Shown here piece by piece: positions 11,846 to 22,560 of a DNA stretch of 32,644 nucleotides. A model generated the notes under the pieces. The model worked only from the letters and a program-made list of their open reading frames with translations, had not been told where the DNA came from and made no database searches. A program made the position numbers and the translations under genes. The stretch is taken from positions 1 to 32,644 of the forward strand of contig JAQGDQ010001609.1 of the NCBI GenBank assembly GCA_030141605.1. The letters run 5' to 3'. This DNA is from Tubiluchus corallicola. Lineage: Eukaryota; Animalia; Priapulida. Positions within the stretch are counted from its first letter, which is position 1. Every line of letters begins with the position of its first letter.

Positions 11846-12172
11846 ACGCCGCTAGGATGAGAAAGGCACTGAAATGAACGTGCAAAGAAAAGAATTAGAA
11901 GTGTAGATTTCTGTTATTGTGCAGAGCGTAGGTTTGAGGCGGCAGAACTTTAGGACATTAAAATAGGTAAGCTGTCTTTAATTCAAATTTTCGATGGAAC
12001 GACAACGATTCTGTCGGTGCCTATTTATTTTTTCGCGGTAACGCGCTCATTTACTTTTTATTATTTAGGTTGCTTCTAGACGAGTTAATGACAGATAAAC
12101 GCATCAGTTAGACAGTCTCAGTTACTGTGTTAGTCCACCAAACAGTCACGCGCAAGCTTCTTATGGACTGCC

Positions 12173-12203
12173 TGTGTGTGTGGGAGAGAGAGAGAGAGAG
12201 AGA
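12173..12203. repeat. (TG)n-(GA)n microsatellite
   Basis: tgtgtgtgtgggagagagagagagagagaga seen directly. Confidence 0.85.
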
Positions 12204-12689
12204 CGGTGGAAACAGTTTTCTGTACTGAATTTTTTGTTCCATTCATCGGGAAATGATTATTTTTCTTTCGTTATTTATGACAAATTTGAAATCTTATTTA
12301 TGACTATTTATGACTATTTTGCAAGAAAAGTCATAAATAAAGTGCCCTGAGCATGAAGGAACGCAAAATATTTACAGTCAAGTGATAATCTGGAAACGTG
12401 AAAGCGAGAATCTGAGATTACGAGAATAAACTCCAGTGGCCAGCTCTGCCTTATATATCGGTGCAAACGAACAATCTAGACAAGGTAAGAAGATTGTTCT
12501 ACTATACTATACAATATTCTATTACCTATAAGTTTATTTATTTCCACTCTGCATCTAACAATAATAATACAGATAATTTCACTGAAGTAAATATAAATAT
12601 AAATGCAGTATTATCCAGAAATTACAAAATGCAGCATATACATGTGCAAATTACATTACAGAATAATTTTGATGCATACAGTTTGAGCC

Positions 12690-13525
12690 TAAAAGCATAG
12701 CTTGACAGGCCAAACTGTGCTTGGAAATCTTAAAAAAAAATTAATTATTGAAATAATGAAATAATGATAAAATATACATAAAAGGGGGGAGTAGTGAATG
12801 AAAGATGAAATGGAGCGAGAACTAAGAAAAACTGTGATCATGATTATAAAGTGTTCAGTAACCTGTTGAGCATAGTCATGTTCTATTAAGATTACTGTGG
12901 AAAAAGAATACAGGTTATTACCATTATCAAATTGTGTTACTCTTAATACTTTTGAAATATTTCTTTTCTGATGGTTTTTTTAAAAATTGAAAGGGAGTGA
13001 CTACATTTTGAATTGCGGCTTAGTCTATTCCATAGGACTTTTCCCATGTAGCTAATGAAATGTTTCACCATATTTGTACTACAACTTCTTGGTATATATT
13101 CATTATGTCTGATATTGTATTTTTTTACATTTATCTTGACTGGATTTTTAAAAAAAGTTGGAAATAAGTTGTTGTTGGTTCTATACATGTATATACATCC
13201 ATTAAAATTAATAACATCATCCAGAAGTAATATTTGGCATTGCTTAAAATGTGTAGTAGTAATTGTGCTCCTTTTGTCTAGTTTGAAGATGACACGTAAA
13301 AATTTTCGTTGTAAAACTCTTAAGCATTCTAAATTTGTAGTATAAGTAAAGCCCCATAATGTTGCGCAGTAATTTAAATATGATAATATTAAACTGTTCT
13401 ATAATGTTAGAAGATGTTCAGTGTTCAGAAAGTTTTTAATATATGAGATAAAACTTATATTTTTTGATATTTTCAATCTGATCATGAATATATGTGGTCA
13501 CCAGTCTAGATGCTCATTCAGTATT
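12690..13525 (-). mobile_element. 5'-truncated, decayed LINE (L2/Crack/CR1-group): 3' end of ORF2 plus 3' UTR
   Basis: Minus-strand translation gives ILNEHLDW*PHI..KISKNI...LLTL*NSLILSYLNYCATLWG...LRVLQRKFLRVIF and ISYMGKVLWNRL...SLSIFKKTIR, typical of the post-RT region of these LINEs. Internal stops are present and boundaries are approximate. Confidence 0.85.
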
Positions 13526-14081
13526 CTACAGATTTCTATTTAATTCTAATGGATATCCACAACATCAGCTTATCTCACGCACACAGAAACATTGTCAGTA
13601 CAGTGAATTGGGCACTGTCATGGCTGTCCGTCTGTGGTGTGTAAAACAACGGAAAACTATCAATAAAATAATTAATTTTGATATTACAGCGTATTAAGTG
13701 ATGTGGTACATCTAAATAGCCTTGTTTTCTAAGAAATTTGCATATCAGTAATTCACTGATTGCATTTCACCAGGCTGCATTTCTCAGTAAATGTAGATAG
13801 TGTTTTTATGCCCGCATACCAAGTGTTAATCTTGTCCGACCTTGCATTCAATTTTACCGCTTATTGCTTAATTACGTTAACTCTGGAGTATCACCTTAGG
13901 GTGGGTGTATAACTCTCATTAGTGCTCGCTATTTTCACGATAGATTACTCAAAATAAATTTAATCCATCAACACTTGGTAAAAATAAGAGGTAATTATAA
14001 ACATGTAAATAAACCATGGGGACCCACAACTCACCATCACCGCTCTCATTACTGGGTTTTCCACATTTACTGTATCTTGGC

Positions 14082-14520
14082 TAGGGTTGCCAGAGGTCCC
14101 ATATATATGGGACATGTCCTATATCTGATAGTTTTATCCCCTGTCCTGTACTGACTTCTCAGGGACACCCAAATGTCTTTTTTTAGTTCATTTTCAAATT
14201 TCGTAACGAAAATAATAAATTTTTGTTACCTTCTTACGGTTCTTAGTTGTAACTTTATAAGTAATTATGCTTTCCTTTCTCTGATTCTCTTGGTGAAAAT
14301 AACTGAAGATGTAATAAGGAAGTCAGTAATGGTAGAAGTTTACAGAAAACTGACATTTTTGCTGTTTTTTGCAACTTGCTTTATGTTTTTAACTTACGTC
14401 TTCACTTTTATATAATAAAATTATTGGTCTGGGTGTATAGGCATGTAGAAATTTATATACAGAAATATTGAGACAGATTTTATTATCCTGTTTTTTTAAT
14501 TTTCTAATCTGGCAATTGTT
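14082..14520. mobile_element. Degenerate hAT-type MITE
   Basis: Left end TAGGGTTGCCAGA followed by GTCCC/GGGAC subterminal motifs. A decayed right end TCTGGCAA(ttgtt) lies near 14508-14520. No TSD recovered. Confidence 0.55.
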
Positions 14521-14952
14521 ATTTTATTTTATAAACCGGAGCCCTGCTTTGCTCGTCGCGCCGCGTTTCGAAAAAGAAACAAAAGTTACAAAACAACGCC
14601 ACTAGACTACGCCACTTACGAGGCCACACAGAGGCTGTAAAATGGCGCTCGTTGAGAAAATTTGCCTGAAGCTCCTTTTAACTTTTCGGTAAATTACTAC
14701 CTTAAAATTACTCTTTTACAATGCTGTTCTTTTTGTGAAGCGTTGTGAAGAGATTTCTAGGCTGTGGCACACAGTAGTAGGTAAGAAATATCGCTCTCCG
14801 TTGACTACCAAATGAAAATATTTCATCTAATCGGTCATTCTTTGTTCGTCTCGCGACGCTAAAAGAAAATGGTGGTTGAATCGAGGTGATGGCTTAATTA
14901 TGTTTTATATTGTGAATTGTTATTCTATTGTGTATTATTATATTAATTGTGA

Positions 14953-15041
14953 CTAGCGAAACCCCGCAAAAGAATTTTGCGCATAAATGAACACACAACC
15001 CACACTACACCACCCCCAATAGATTAGTTTTCTATTATAGA
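14953..15041 (-). mobile_element. Helitron-like 3' terminus, possibly a ~90-bp mini-Helitron
   Basis: On the - strand a hairpin CGCAAAA-TTC-TTTTGCG is followed about 8 nt later by CTAG|T. A TCTATAATA 5'-end-like motif lies at 15041 but lacks the expected preceding A. Confidence 0.6.
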
Positions 15042-15141
15042 GAATCGTGACTATAGTATTTTTTCTAACATCCTATGAAATTATTCAAGATAAGTCACCA
15101 ATTTCTGTGAAGAGCTTACTTCAGCCAGCAATACAGATGTA

Positions 15142-15892
15142 GGGAGCCGAGTTGACCACTGAGCCAAGTAGACCACTTCCGGTAAAACCGTTGCGCAAAT
15201 GTAGTGTCCTACATGGGCAGCCCAAGTAGGACACTAGCGATATTTGTCGGAATCGCTAATTTTGTCAAATTTTTGAAAACTCTGTGAAAGTTTCTTCATT
15301 TTATTAAAAATTGTGCTTGTTGGTTGGTGAAAAACTTGTTGGTAAAAAAGTAATTTTTAACATATAAGAAAAGCAAGGATAATTAGTTTTAATATTATCA
15401 GTAGTATTGTAACATGTAGGGCACTGTCCTACATGGCTCGCTAGCCCATGTAGGACACATAGATCGCTAGAACATTTACTTATAAGAAAACAATTATTTG
15501 CCCAAGAGGTAGTGAAACGGATCACCTGTTTGTGAAGTCAGGCAAAATCAAAAATGATATACCTTAAACAAATGTTGAATTCGCAAAAAAGTGGTTTTTT
15601 TCACTTCAACAACATTAATATCGAAACCAAATTTAATATTGTCCGTTCTACCAGCTCAGAATAAAATTCTTTTATTTTATTAGATGTATAATAAATTATT
15701 CAACGTGTACTAACATTTTTAATTATTATTATTACATAAACAAGCACAACGGACGGTGTCAGTACACTTAACGACTCAATTCGCGACCTTTCTCTAGTGT
15801 CCTACTTGGGCAGCCGAAGTAGACCGCGGTCTATTTGGGCTAGCCCAAGTAGACCAATTGGTCTACTTGGCTCAGTGGTCCACTCGGCTCCC
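15142..15892. mobile_element. Non-autonomous inverted-repeat element, about 750 bp, superfamily unassigned
   Basis: TIRs of about 34 bp: GGGAGCCGAGTTGACCACTGAGCCAAGTAGACCA / TGGTCTACTTGGCTCAGTGGTCCACTCGGCTCCC. Internal palindromic modules GTGTCCTACWTGGG..GCCCAWGTAGGACAC at about 15205, 15425 and 15797. No clean TSD. Confidence 0.85.
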
Positions 15893-16730
15893 AACACAGG
15901 TTTTAATTTTGATTTACCAAATAAAGTAAACCATACCAATATAGCAGCCTGGCAATGTCCAATAGCTACACTAGTTTTTATTTATTTGAATAGCTAGTTT
16001 GCATCTGTTGTTTGATGCTTTGTAACATTGTTCCAGTACTGCATTTTTCTAAATGCATTTGCCATGTTTTGCAACCTCGACAGAACTTTTCTTTCTTTAT
16101 GATATGTACCTTTGCAATTTTGGAGCAGATCTGAAGTGAATTAGTGCACGATAAATGCTCACTTCTGATCGAGTATTGTGGCATATTATTTTTTCATTTT
16201 TTTCTCCCGCCAACACCCCATCAGACGTGCTCTTTTTCAAACAATTGCTTTTTTGCCAGGGAATGGTCAACAATACATGGTCATACATGAATGCACAATT
16301 ATATTATCTTTTATTAAAGAAACCATTTTTTCAGAGCCACATGTGACGGGGACGAAATAGCTCAAAATGAACAAACTTTTAAAGTAGCCATTTCAAATCT
16401 TTAAGTATCTGCTTCTTTTTGGCCACTCTTATCAATCAAAATATCTAAAGAAAGACGGCAGTATCATTAATGTAACATTTGCCGACTAATTTACCGATTC
16501 GTTTGGCATCAGTTTTTTTGTAAAACTCGCTATATCTACCCCTGAATGCACAATTAGCTGTTTCTTGCCTTTCACTTCCATCAGCCATTTTGCACATCGT
16601 TTGCTAACATTTTAATGCTAACCAACTGTCTTACTTGATTGGCAACAACATGTAGCTGTAAACTCTTTACAACTGTACATACAAATCTTTTGGCTCCATT
16701 AGTACATGTTCGTAAGCAATTCTTTGCATT

Positions 16731-17692
16731 TTACAGTACTTCTGTATATACTACATTTTGCGTGAATACATCATCTCTATTTTTCAACAAGTTACCTTGT
16801 TGCGCAGTTTTCTCGATCATTATTTTGAGATCAGCAAAGCGTCTGACTCTACTCACGGCTACGTACATTTGTTCATGAGTAAAAACATTCCTCGGCAAGT
16901 AGATACCAACTTTTTGAAAAGTTTGACCTTGACTCTTGTTAATAGTCATTGCAAAGCTCAAACTGCAATGGAACTGACGCCAAGCATTTTAAATGGCAAC
17001 TGAGTGTCTGACGGTGACAGGGTTACCCGAGGAATAAACACCCGCTTTCCTCTGCTAGAATTTTCAATATTGTCACAAATTGAAAAATTTTCGTGCATCT
17101 CTCTAACGATTAATCTGCAACCATTATATAAACCTTGCCGTATATCTATATTTCTCAATAACATCACAATTGCACCCACCTTTAGCATCAGCTTATGAGG
17201 CGGTAGACCTGATGGTGTCAGTTTGTTGATATATTCTGTTGGGTATGTTTCTGCCTGTTCCGGATCATTCTCGGCAATAGTATCAGCGCTAAAGTAAATG
17301 CGCGCAATGCCATGAAGTCTGGTTAATACGTTTTTGTTAATTCTTAAGCAAACGTCGTTTTTCGATGTTAAAATCACATTATCTTTTAGCATTTCAGAAT
17401 TTTGTATTTCATGTCCAAAAATTTCTGTAATAATGTCTGATACAGCCAGACACGCTCTTGGTATTTTGACAGCCTTGGGCTGATCAGGCACCTCTCTTGA
17501 AAGTTTACCATCACCAAGCATCATTTGCCAAGAGACAAATTTCCTTTCATCCACATTAGCACGCATATTTTGAGTTAGACGACATTTTTTCACCGAAGGC
17601 CATGTCACAGCGTTTTTAATTGTGTTTTCAACAATGGCTGCTCTGCCTCCGTGTGGAACTACTGGCAAGGTTTGCCTAAAATCACCGCCAAT
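16731..17692 (-). pseudogene. PIF1-family SF1 helicase C-terminal half (Helitron RepHel), frameshifted and 5'-truncated
   Basis: Motifs GGDFRQTLPVV, LTQNMR, SGLPPHKLMLKVGAIVMLLRN, FIPRVTL, RQF, FAMTINKSQGQT, VFTHEQMYVAVSRV and TQNVVYTEVL*. Frameshift at about 16960-16985. The conserved NG(T)R and H(G)Q positions are altered. Confidence 0.93.
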
Positions 17693-17732
17693 TTGGTGGA
17701 ACCGAGTTTTGCATCAGGTCCTGCAGAAATTT

Positions 17733-18497
17733 ATCTGTGAGCCACGATTCCCTACAGCCTTTTATCACGTTTTGCAAAAATAAATCAAAATCTAAATCTA
17801 AGCGTGGCTCGAACATGTTTCTGTATTCTTTAATGTATTCAGTTATTCCAGATGGTTATCCACCATTCCAAACAGATTATATGACAAAGAATAATATCCA
17901 CATCTGCCATCAGGCATAACCGGAGTGATTACATACCCATCTACAACAATAAAAAAAGTAGTTGATTGCTACTAGAAACTCAATTAATATTAATTAATAT
18001 AATGGAATTATTTTTTGAAATGAAATTGTTTAACATTTTTTTTTCTATGTGAAGAATATTGTAAAAAAATACTGAGTTTTTGTGAGTGATTTTTACAACA
18101 TTCAGTTTCAAAACAACGTAGCAGTTAGTACTGTTTCACTATTTCAGTAAAATGGTTTGATTTAGATTTTGAAAATTCAGAAGTAGGACATTTAGAGTAT
18201 AATGTGTAATTAAAACCAAAACACTTACTGATTGTTCGCTCTACTTGGCTGCTTCTGATACTGTCTTTGTGGAGGTCTGTATTGCCGTCGTCTGATTCTG
18301 TTTCTAAAATGCACGTGTTGTTGTTGTTCTGATGACGTTGTCGATGATTTTGTTGATGATCCTGTTGCTGCTGATATAATGGTTGCTGGTGGTGGTGTTG
18401 TTGTTGTTGCTGTTGTTGTAAGTTAGAAATTCTGTTTATTTGCATTTGCACGTGTGTCATAAATTGAATTATTTGTTGCTGATATGGATGCTTGTGA
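17733..18497 (-). repeat. Diverged, internally deleted duplicate of 19184-20085 (part of the OTU exon, the intron and the Gln-rich exon)
   Basis: Long shared blocks, e.g. ATCTGTGAGCCACGATTCCCTACAGCCT, CAAAAATAAATCAAAATCTAAATCTAAGCGTGGCTCGAACATG and AAAACCAAAACACTTACTGATTGTT, occur in both places in the same orientation. Confidence 0.92.
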
Positions 18498-18612
18498 TAA
18501 AATCTGTAATCTACTCATTTTTTGCATATCCGTTTCCTTTTTCGTATTTGTCCATCTGTTCTGATATTGTTGGTTTTTAATCAGATGTGTTTGCTTTGAC
18601 TCTTCTGTCTCA

Positions 18613-19516
18613 CTAGTAGTTTGCTTTTTCAGTCTTCTCTCGCCTGCTTTCACTTAAAGGTTGTTTTTCAAGAGAAGACTTTTTCAATGAGACTTTTAAC
18701 TCTTGACCATCATTACAAATTTGAGTATTTTCTAGAGTTTTGTTGCAGCAGTAAAAACTTTCTGTCTCACATGCAGGACGTACGCCACTCTTATTGACAT
18801 TTCTCTTTGTGCTTTTGTTTTTTAATTGTCGTCCAATTGACTTTTTTCTTTTTTTTTTTGGTTTGACAGTTTGCTGTTCTTTTACTGTTTTGCTGAAGAT
18901 AGTTCCACTTACATAATTGACTTCAGAGAATGAATTCCTAGCTGGGGCAAGATTGTCAATGTAAACTTTTTGATCAAAAAATGAGTACGTACCGATATTT
19001 AAATCTGTAGGTCTTGGACCATCGAGTGCATCAAAATGGCTATTTTGAAACACTGAACAACAGTATCGGTGGCAAAGATTTATTGCACATCCTCTAAATA
19101 TTTGCCAAGCAGGCTTATTCTGATAAATAAATAGCAGATAGATATCTGTTTGGAAAGCAATAGCTGCTGCTTGAATGCATTCATCTGTGAGCCACGATTC
19201 CCTACAGCCTAAGTCTTTCATCACGTTTTGCAAAAATAAATCAAAATCTAAATCTAAGCGTGGCTCGAACATGTTTCTGTATTCTTTAATGTATTCAACT
19301 ATGCATTATCTTACTTCCAGATGGTTATCCACCGTTCCGAACAGATTATATGACAAATTATAATATCCACATCTGCCATCAGGCATAACAGGAAAGATTA
19401 CATACCCTTTATTCCTACAATACGTGTAAATATCCATCTTTTTGTATTTATTATCTTAGTATTCCAACTTACCAGATCTTCATGAGTTGAAGAAATTGAA
19501 AATGTAATCTCTGCAT
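18613..19516 (-). pseudogene. OTU-like cysteine protease domain followed by a Lys-rich region; probably the N-terminal part of the Helitron gene
   Basis: In frame upstream of ORF 18613..19272: VIFPVMPDGRCGYYNLSYNLFGTVDNHLEVR*CIVEYI (OTU DGxC loop with one premature stop). Then W(L)TDECIQAAA..FQTDIYL...W and NSHFDAL (catalytic His motif). Acceptor ttttattgttgtag at 19517. Confidence 0.78.
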
Positions 19517-19817
19517 CTACAACAATAAAAAATGTAGTTGATTGCTACTAGAAACTCAATTAATATTAATTAATATAATGGAATTATTTTTTGAAATGAT
19601 AATGTGAAACTGTTAAAAATTGTTTAACATTTTTTAAGTGAAGAATATTGTAAAAAAATACTGAGTTTTTGTGAGTGATTTTTACAACATTCAGTTTCAA
19701 AACACCGTAGCAGTTAGTACTATTTCACTATTTCAGTAAAATGGTTTGATTCAGATTTTGAAAATTCAGAAGTAGGACATTTAGAGTATAACGTGTAATT
19801 AAAACCAAAACACTTAC

Positions 19818-20248
19818 TGATTGTTGGCTCTATTTGGCTGCTTCTGATACCGTCTTTGTGGAGGTCTGTATTGCCGTCGTCTGATTCTGTTTCTAAAATG
19901 CACGTATTGGTTGTTGTTGTTCTGATAACGTTGTTGATGATTTTGTTGATGATCCTGTTGCTCCTGATATAAAGTTTGCTGGTGGTGGTGTTGTTGTTCC
20001 AGTTGCTGTTGTTGTAAGTTAGAAATTCTGTTTATTTGCGTTTGCATGTGTGTCATAAATTGAATTATTTGTTGCTGATATGGATGTTCACGTTCATGTT
20101 GCTGCTCTTGTTGTGCCTGTTGTTGCGCCTGTTCTGCATGCTGGTTTGGTTGCTGTTGTTGTGCTTGTTGTTCGTTTTCCCGTCTCCATTCGTCATCCAG
20201 TCTGTGTCTTGGTTGGTTTATCTCCAAGCCTTTGAGTTTCTGTAACAT
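19818..20248 (-). pseudogene. Gln/His-rich upstream exon of the same decayed gene
   Basis: ATG-initiated Gln-rich ORF ending at a GTAAGT donor (19817). A 301-nt GT-AG intron leads to the OTU exon. Confidence 0.5.
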
Positions 20249-20372
20249 AGACGTATTTTTGTGAAAAAAACAAAGATTTTTCTAACAACATGGAATATTA
20301 TTTTTATTTCATTTAGATTCATTTTAAATCCAACGTGTTATTCATAAAACTTATCCTGTCTTCCTTTAATCC

Positions 20373-20518
20373 TCACAACATCTTATTCGATGCACTATTT
20401 CTGATGCAAGTGGGGTACATTCCACAGGGCTGTCCAGTACCTATCCAACCCGCCTTTAATAAAGCAATTATACGCCTAGGCGTACGTCTGGGAAGCCTAA
20501 TTATGGCAGACGTGAAGG
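20373..20518 (-). CDS. Candidate terminal exon of a small unidentified gene
   Basis: Acceptor tctgtttcattacag|CC. Only the phase-1 frame is open (AFTSAIIRLPRRTPRRIIALLKAGWIGTGQPCGMYPTCIRNSASNKML*), which is compatible with the phase-1 donor at 21637. AATAAA at about 20303-20308. No homology recognised. Confidence 0.3.
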
Positions 20519-21637
20519 CTGTAATGAAACAGAATTTAGGTTTTTAATAATTTCTGAAATAAGTTACCTAATTAGATGAGATCTTAGCGGTCTGCACCAC
20601 TGGCACCACAAAATAGTCATGATGCATTCAGGCTGTCTGACTCATTTTGCATTTAGAACTATTCCTGTAGAAAACCATTGTATAAAGTTGTAAACCTGTC
20701 TACTTTACTGAATGTGAACAGCCAAAGAGAATTAGTTTTTTGCATTTCAATTTGGATTTTACAAACTGATGTAGATTATTTTACAAATTTTCTCTGATGC
20801 AGCTCTAAATCAAAACTTTAATTGCATCGTCTTACACATCATTTAAGATGTCTGCTCACATGAAGTCCTTTAAATTTTAGATAGATGCTGCCAAATGTAG
20901 CAAGAATCTGTGGAAGACACAGACTTGCTATATGATGAATGGTTTAAGGGAGACCAAGGAGCCTTGGCTTTTCAAGTTTGTCCGCTTCAGTAAATCAATA
21001 TTTAAAAAAAATCAGTTTGAACAGAACAAGTGTTTTTGCATAAAGAATTTGTTTACTTATTGTACTATTTTTACTTAAAATAGATTGTATATTATACTTA
21101 CTATTATATGGCTTGCGTTATCATTTTAATTAAATTGAATCACTTTAATAAAAACACTATATACAGACACACGTGTACGTGGCTCAAATAGTAACTAAAT
21201 AATGAAGTAGCATTGTTTAAATGGCCAATTTCAGTGCTTAGTGACCCAAATGATCGTCCTCTAATTATTACACTTATGAAGCATCGCGGGATGTAATTCA
21301 CCTTTGATGATTTAGGGAAATCTCAACACATGAACCCACTATTCACCCAACTGTCTCTCCACAGGTCGTAGGGTGCTCTTGTACAACAGACAACCCTTTG
21401 ACTAATGGCTCGCCCGAACTGGAGTCATTAGATTTGTTATACTACTGTTTAGCAGAAGCGTGCAATACAAGTCGTTTACTGCGAAAGAATATCTTCTATT
21501 TTAGTCAGTTAGCACATAAATTTCTTTCTAATATTGGAGGAAACGCTTCATGGGGGGAGGGGGGAGTAGGTATCTCCCTCCCTCTCTCCCTGTCTCTAAT
21601 CGATTAGGGCGTGGCTCATTAAGATATTTTTTCTTAC

Positions 21638-21737
21638 CGTTTACTAAAGCCCTTTCTGCTTCGTCAACTTTCCTGGCAAGAAAATTGACATAGTATTGAC
21701 CATCAGTGGTCACCATTGTCAGCAAAACTGTCAGAAC
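21638..21737 (-). CDS. 100-nt exon-like segment with intact splice sites; further copies at 22722-22821, 23804-23903 and 24887-24986
   Basis: tttttcag|GTT...AACG|gtaag. Reads VLTVLLTMVTTDGQYYVNFLARKVDEAERALVN, with a hydrophobic start resembling the end of a signal peptide. Confidence 0.4.
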
Positions 21738-22102
21738 CTGAAAAATTAATAATTTTGTAGGAAGCGAAAATTAACTAAAATGAATAAATTGCAATTGAAA
21801 TAAATTATGATGTGATAATAAATTTTACCACCCCTCTATAGTGAAAAATAAAATATGATTTTTTTTCAAATTCAAGACATAGATATGTTTTTTACTGGTA
21901 CACAAAATGAGCCGTGCATGAACATCACCTTGTTCAAAGAACAAAACCAACACAATGCATAAACTCACAACAAATTACATACCTGCAATTCAGTGTGACT
22001 TCTGCTGTTGCCTTTGAGAGACCAGTGACTAGACAATCATCGAGCGAGTGACGTGGTTTTAATGATGCAATTTTTTCGATAAGACTTGGGGGTGAAGAGT
22101 TA

Positions 22103-22560
22103 TTAGAGTTGTTCGCCGGTTTGTTGTTCTTTATCATGTCCTGCTTTTATTTTTATTTGCATAATTTGCAAATATAATTCTTGTTTTTGTTTCATGTTAA
22201 GAGAAACAACTCTTTCCTTCGTTGACACGGCGTTTTCTACAACAGGGGTTTTGGTTCCATCAGCGCATAAACTTGCTAAGTGCAAAAGTGGTATTCCTTC
22301 GATTTTCTTTCCTTCATAATCTTCCAAGACATTTATTTTATTCAATAGGCAATGTTCCACAAATCTGTGTTGATGTGTAACGCAAAGTGCTGTGGACAGG
22401 ATGAATTGCATCCGTGTGATTCCGTAAATCATCATCAGAAATTTGATTTACTTCAAAGAAAGGCTGTTTTTATTAGATAGGAATCATGTTCACATTGTCA
22501 AAAATATTGTCAAGGTTTTTCTCATTAAACTTTAATGGTTTTCTGTAAAGTTCTTCTTTT
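22103..22560 (-). pseudogene. C-terminal fragment of a Mab-21/cGAS-like protein inside the 1083-bp unit; further copies at about 23188-23643 and 24271-24726
   Basis: High nucleotide similarity to 29720-30155. Carries DSYLIKTAFL, then a frameshift, then RFVEHCLLNKINVLEDY. Confidence 0.7.

Larger units (their letters stand above)
11035..12349. mobile_element. Non-autonomous TIR DNA transposon, 1315 bp, hAT-like (8-bp TSD)
   Basis: TIRs CAGGGCACTTTATTTATGACTTT ... AAAGTCATAAATAAAGTGCCCTG. Perfect TSD AGCATGAA at 11027-11034 and 12350-12357. Subterminal TTTATGAC motifs repeated at both ends. No transposase ORF. Confidence 0.92.

Noticed and set aside
15935-15975. Plus-strand ...CACTAGT as a second Helitron 3' end
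   Set aside because: The upstream hairpin is too degenerate to support the call.
16731-17692. Functional host PIF1 gene
   Set aside because: It is intronless, frameshifted and lacks helicase motifs I-II. It ends in the Helitron-type T.N+VY.EVL terminus and sits among TE debris.
21551-21592. G-rich/C-rich tract (GGGGGGAGGGGGGAGTAGG...CTCCCTCCCTCTCTCCC) in each 1083-bp unit as a regulatory G-quadruplex or terminator
   Set aside because: It has only two long G runs and imperfect pairing, and there is no independent evidence of function.
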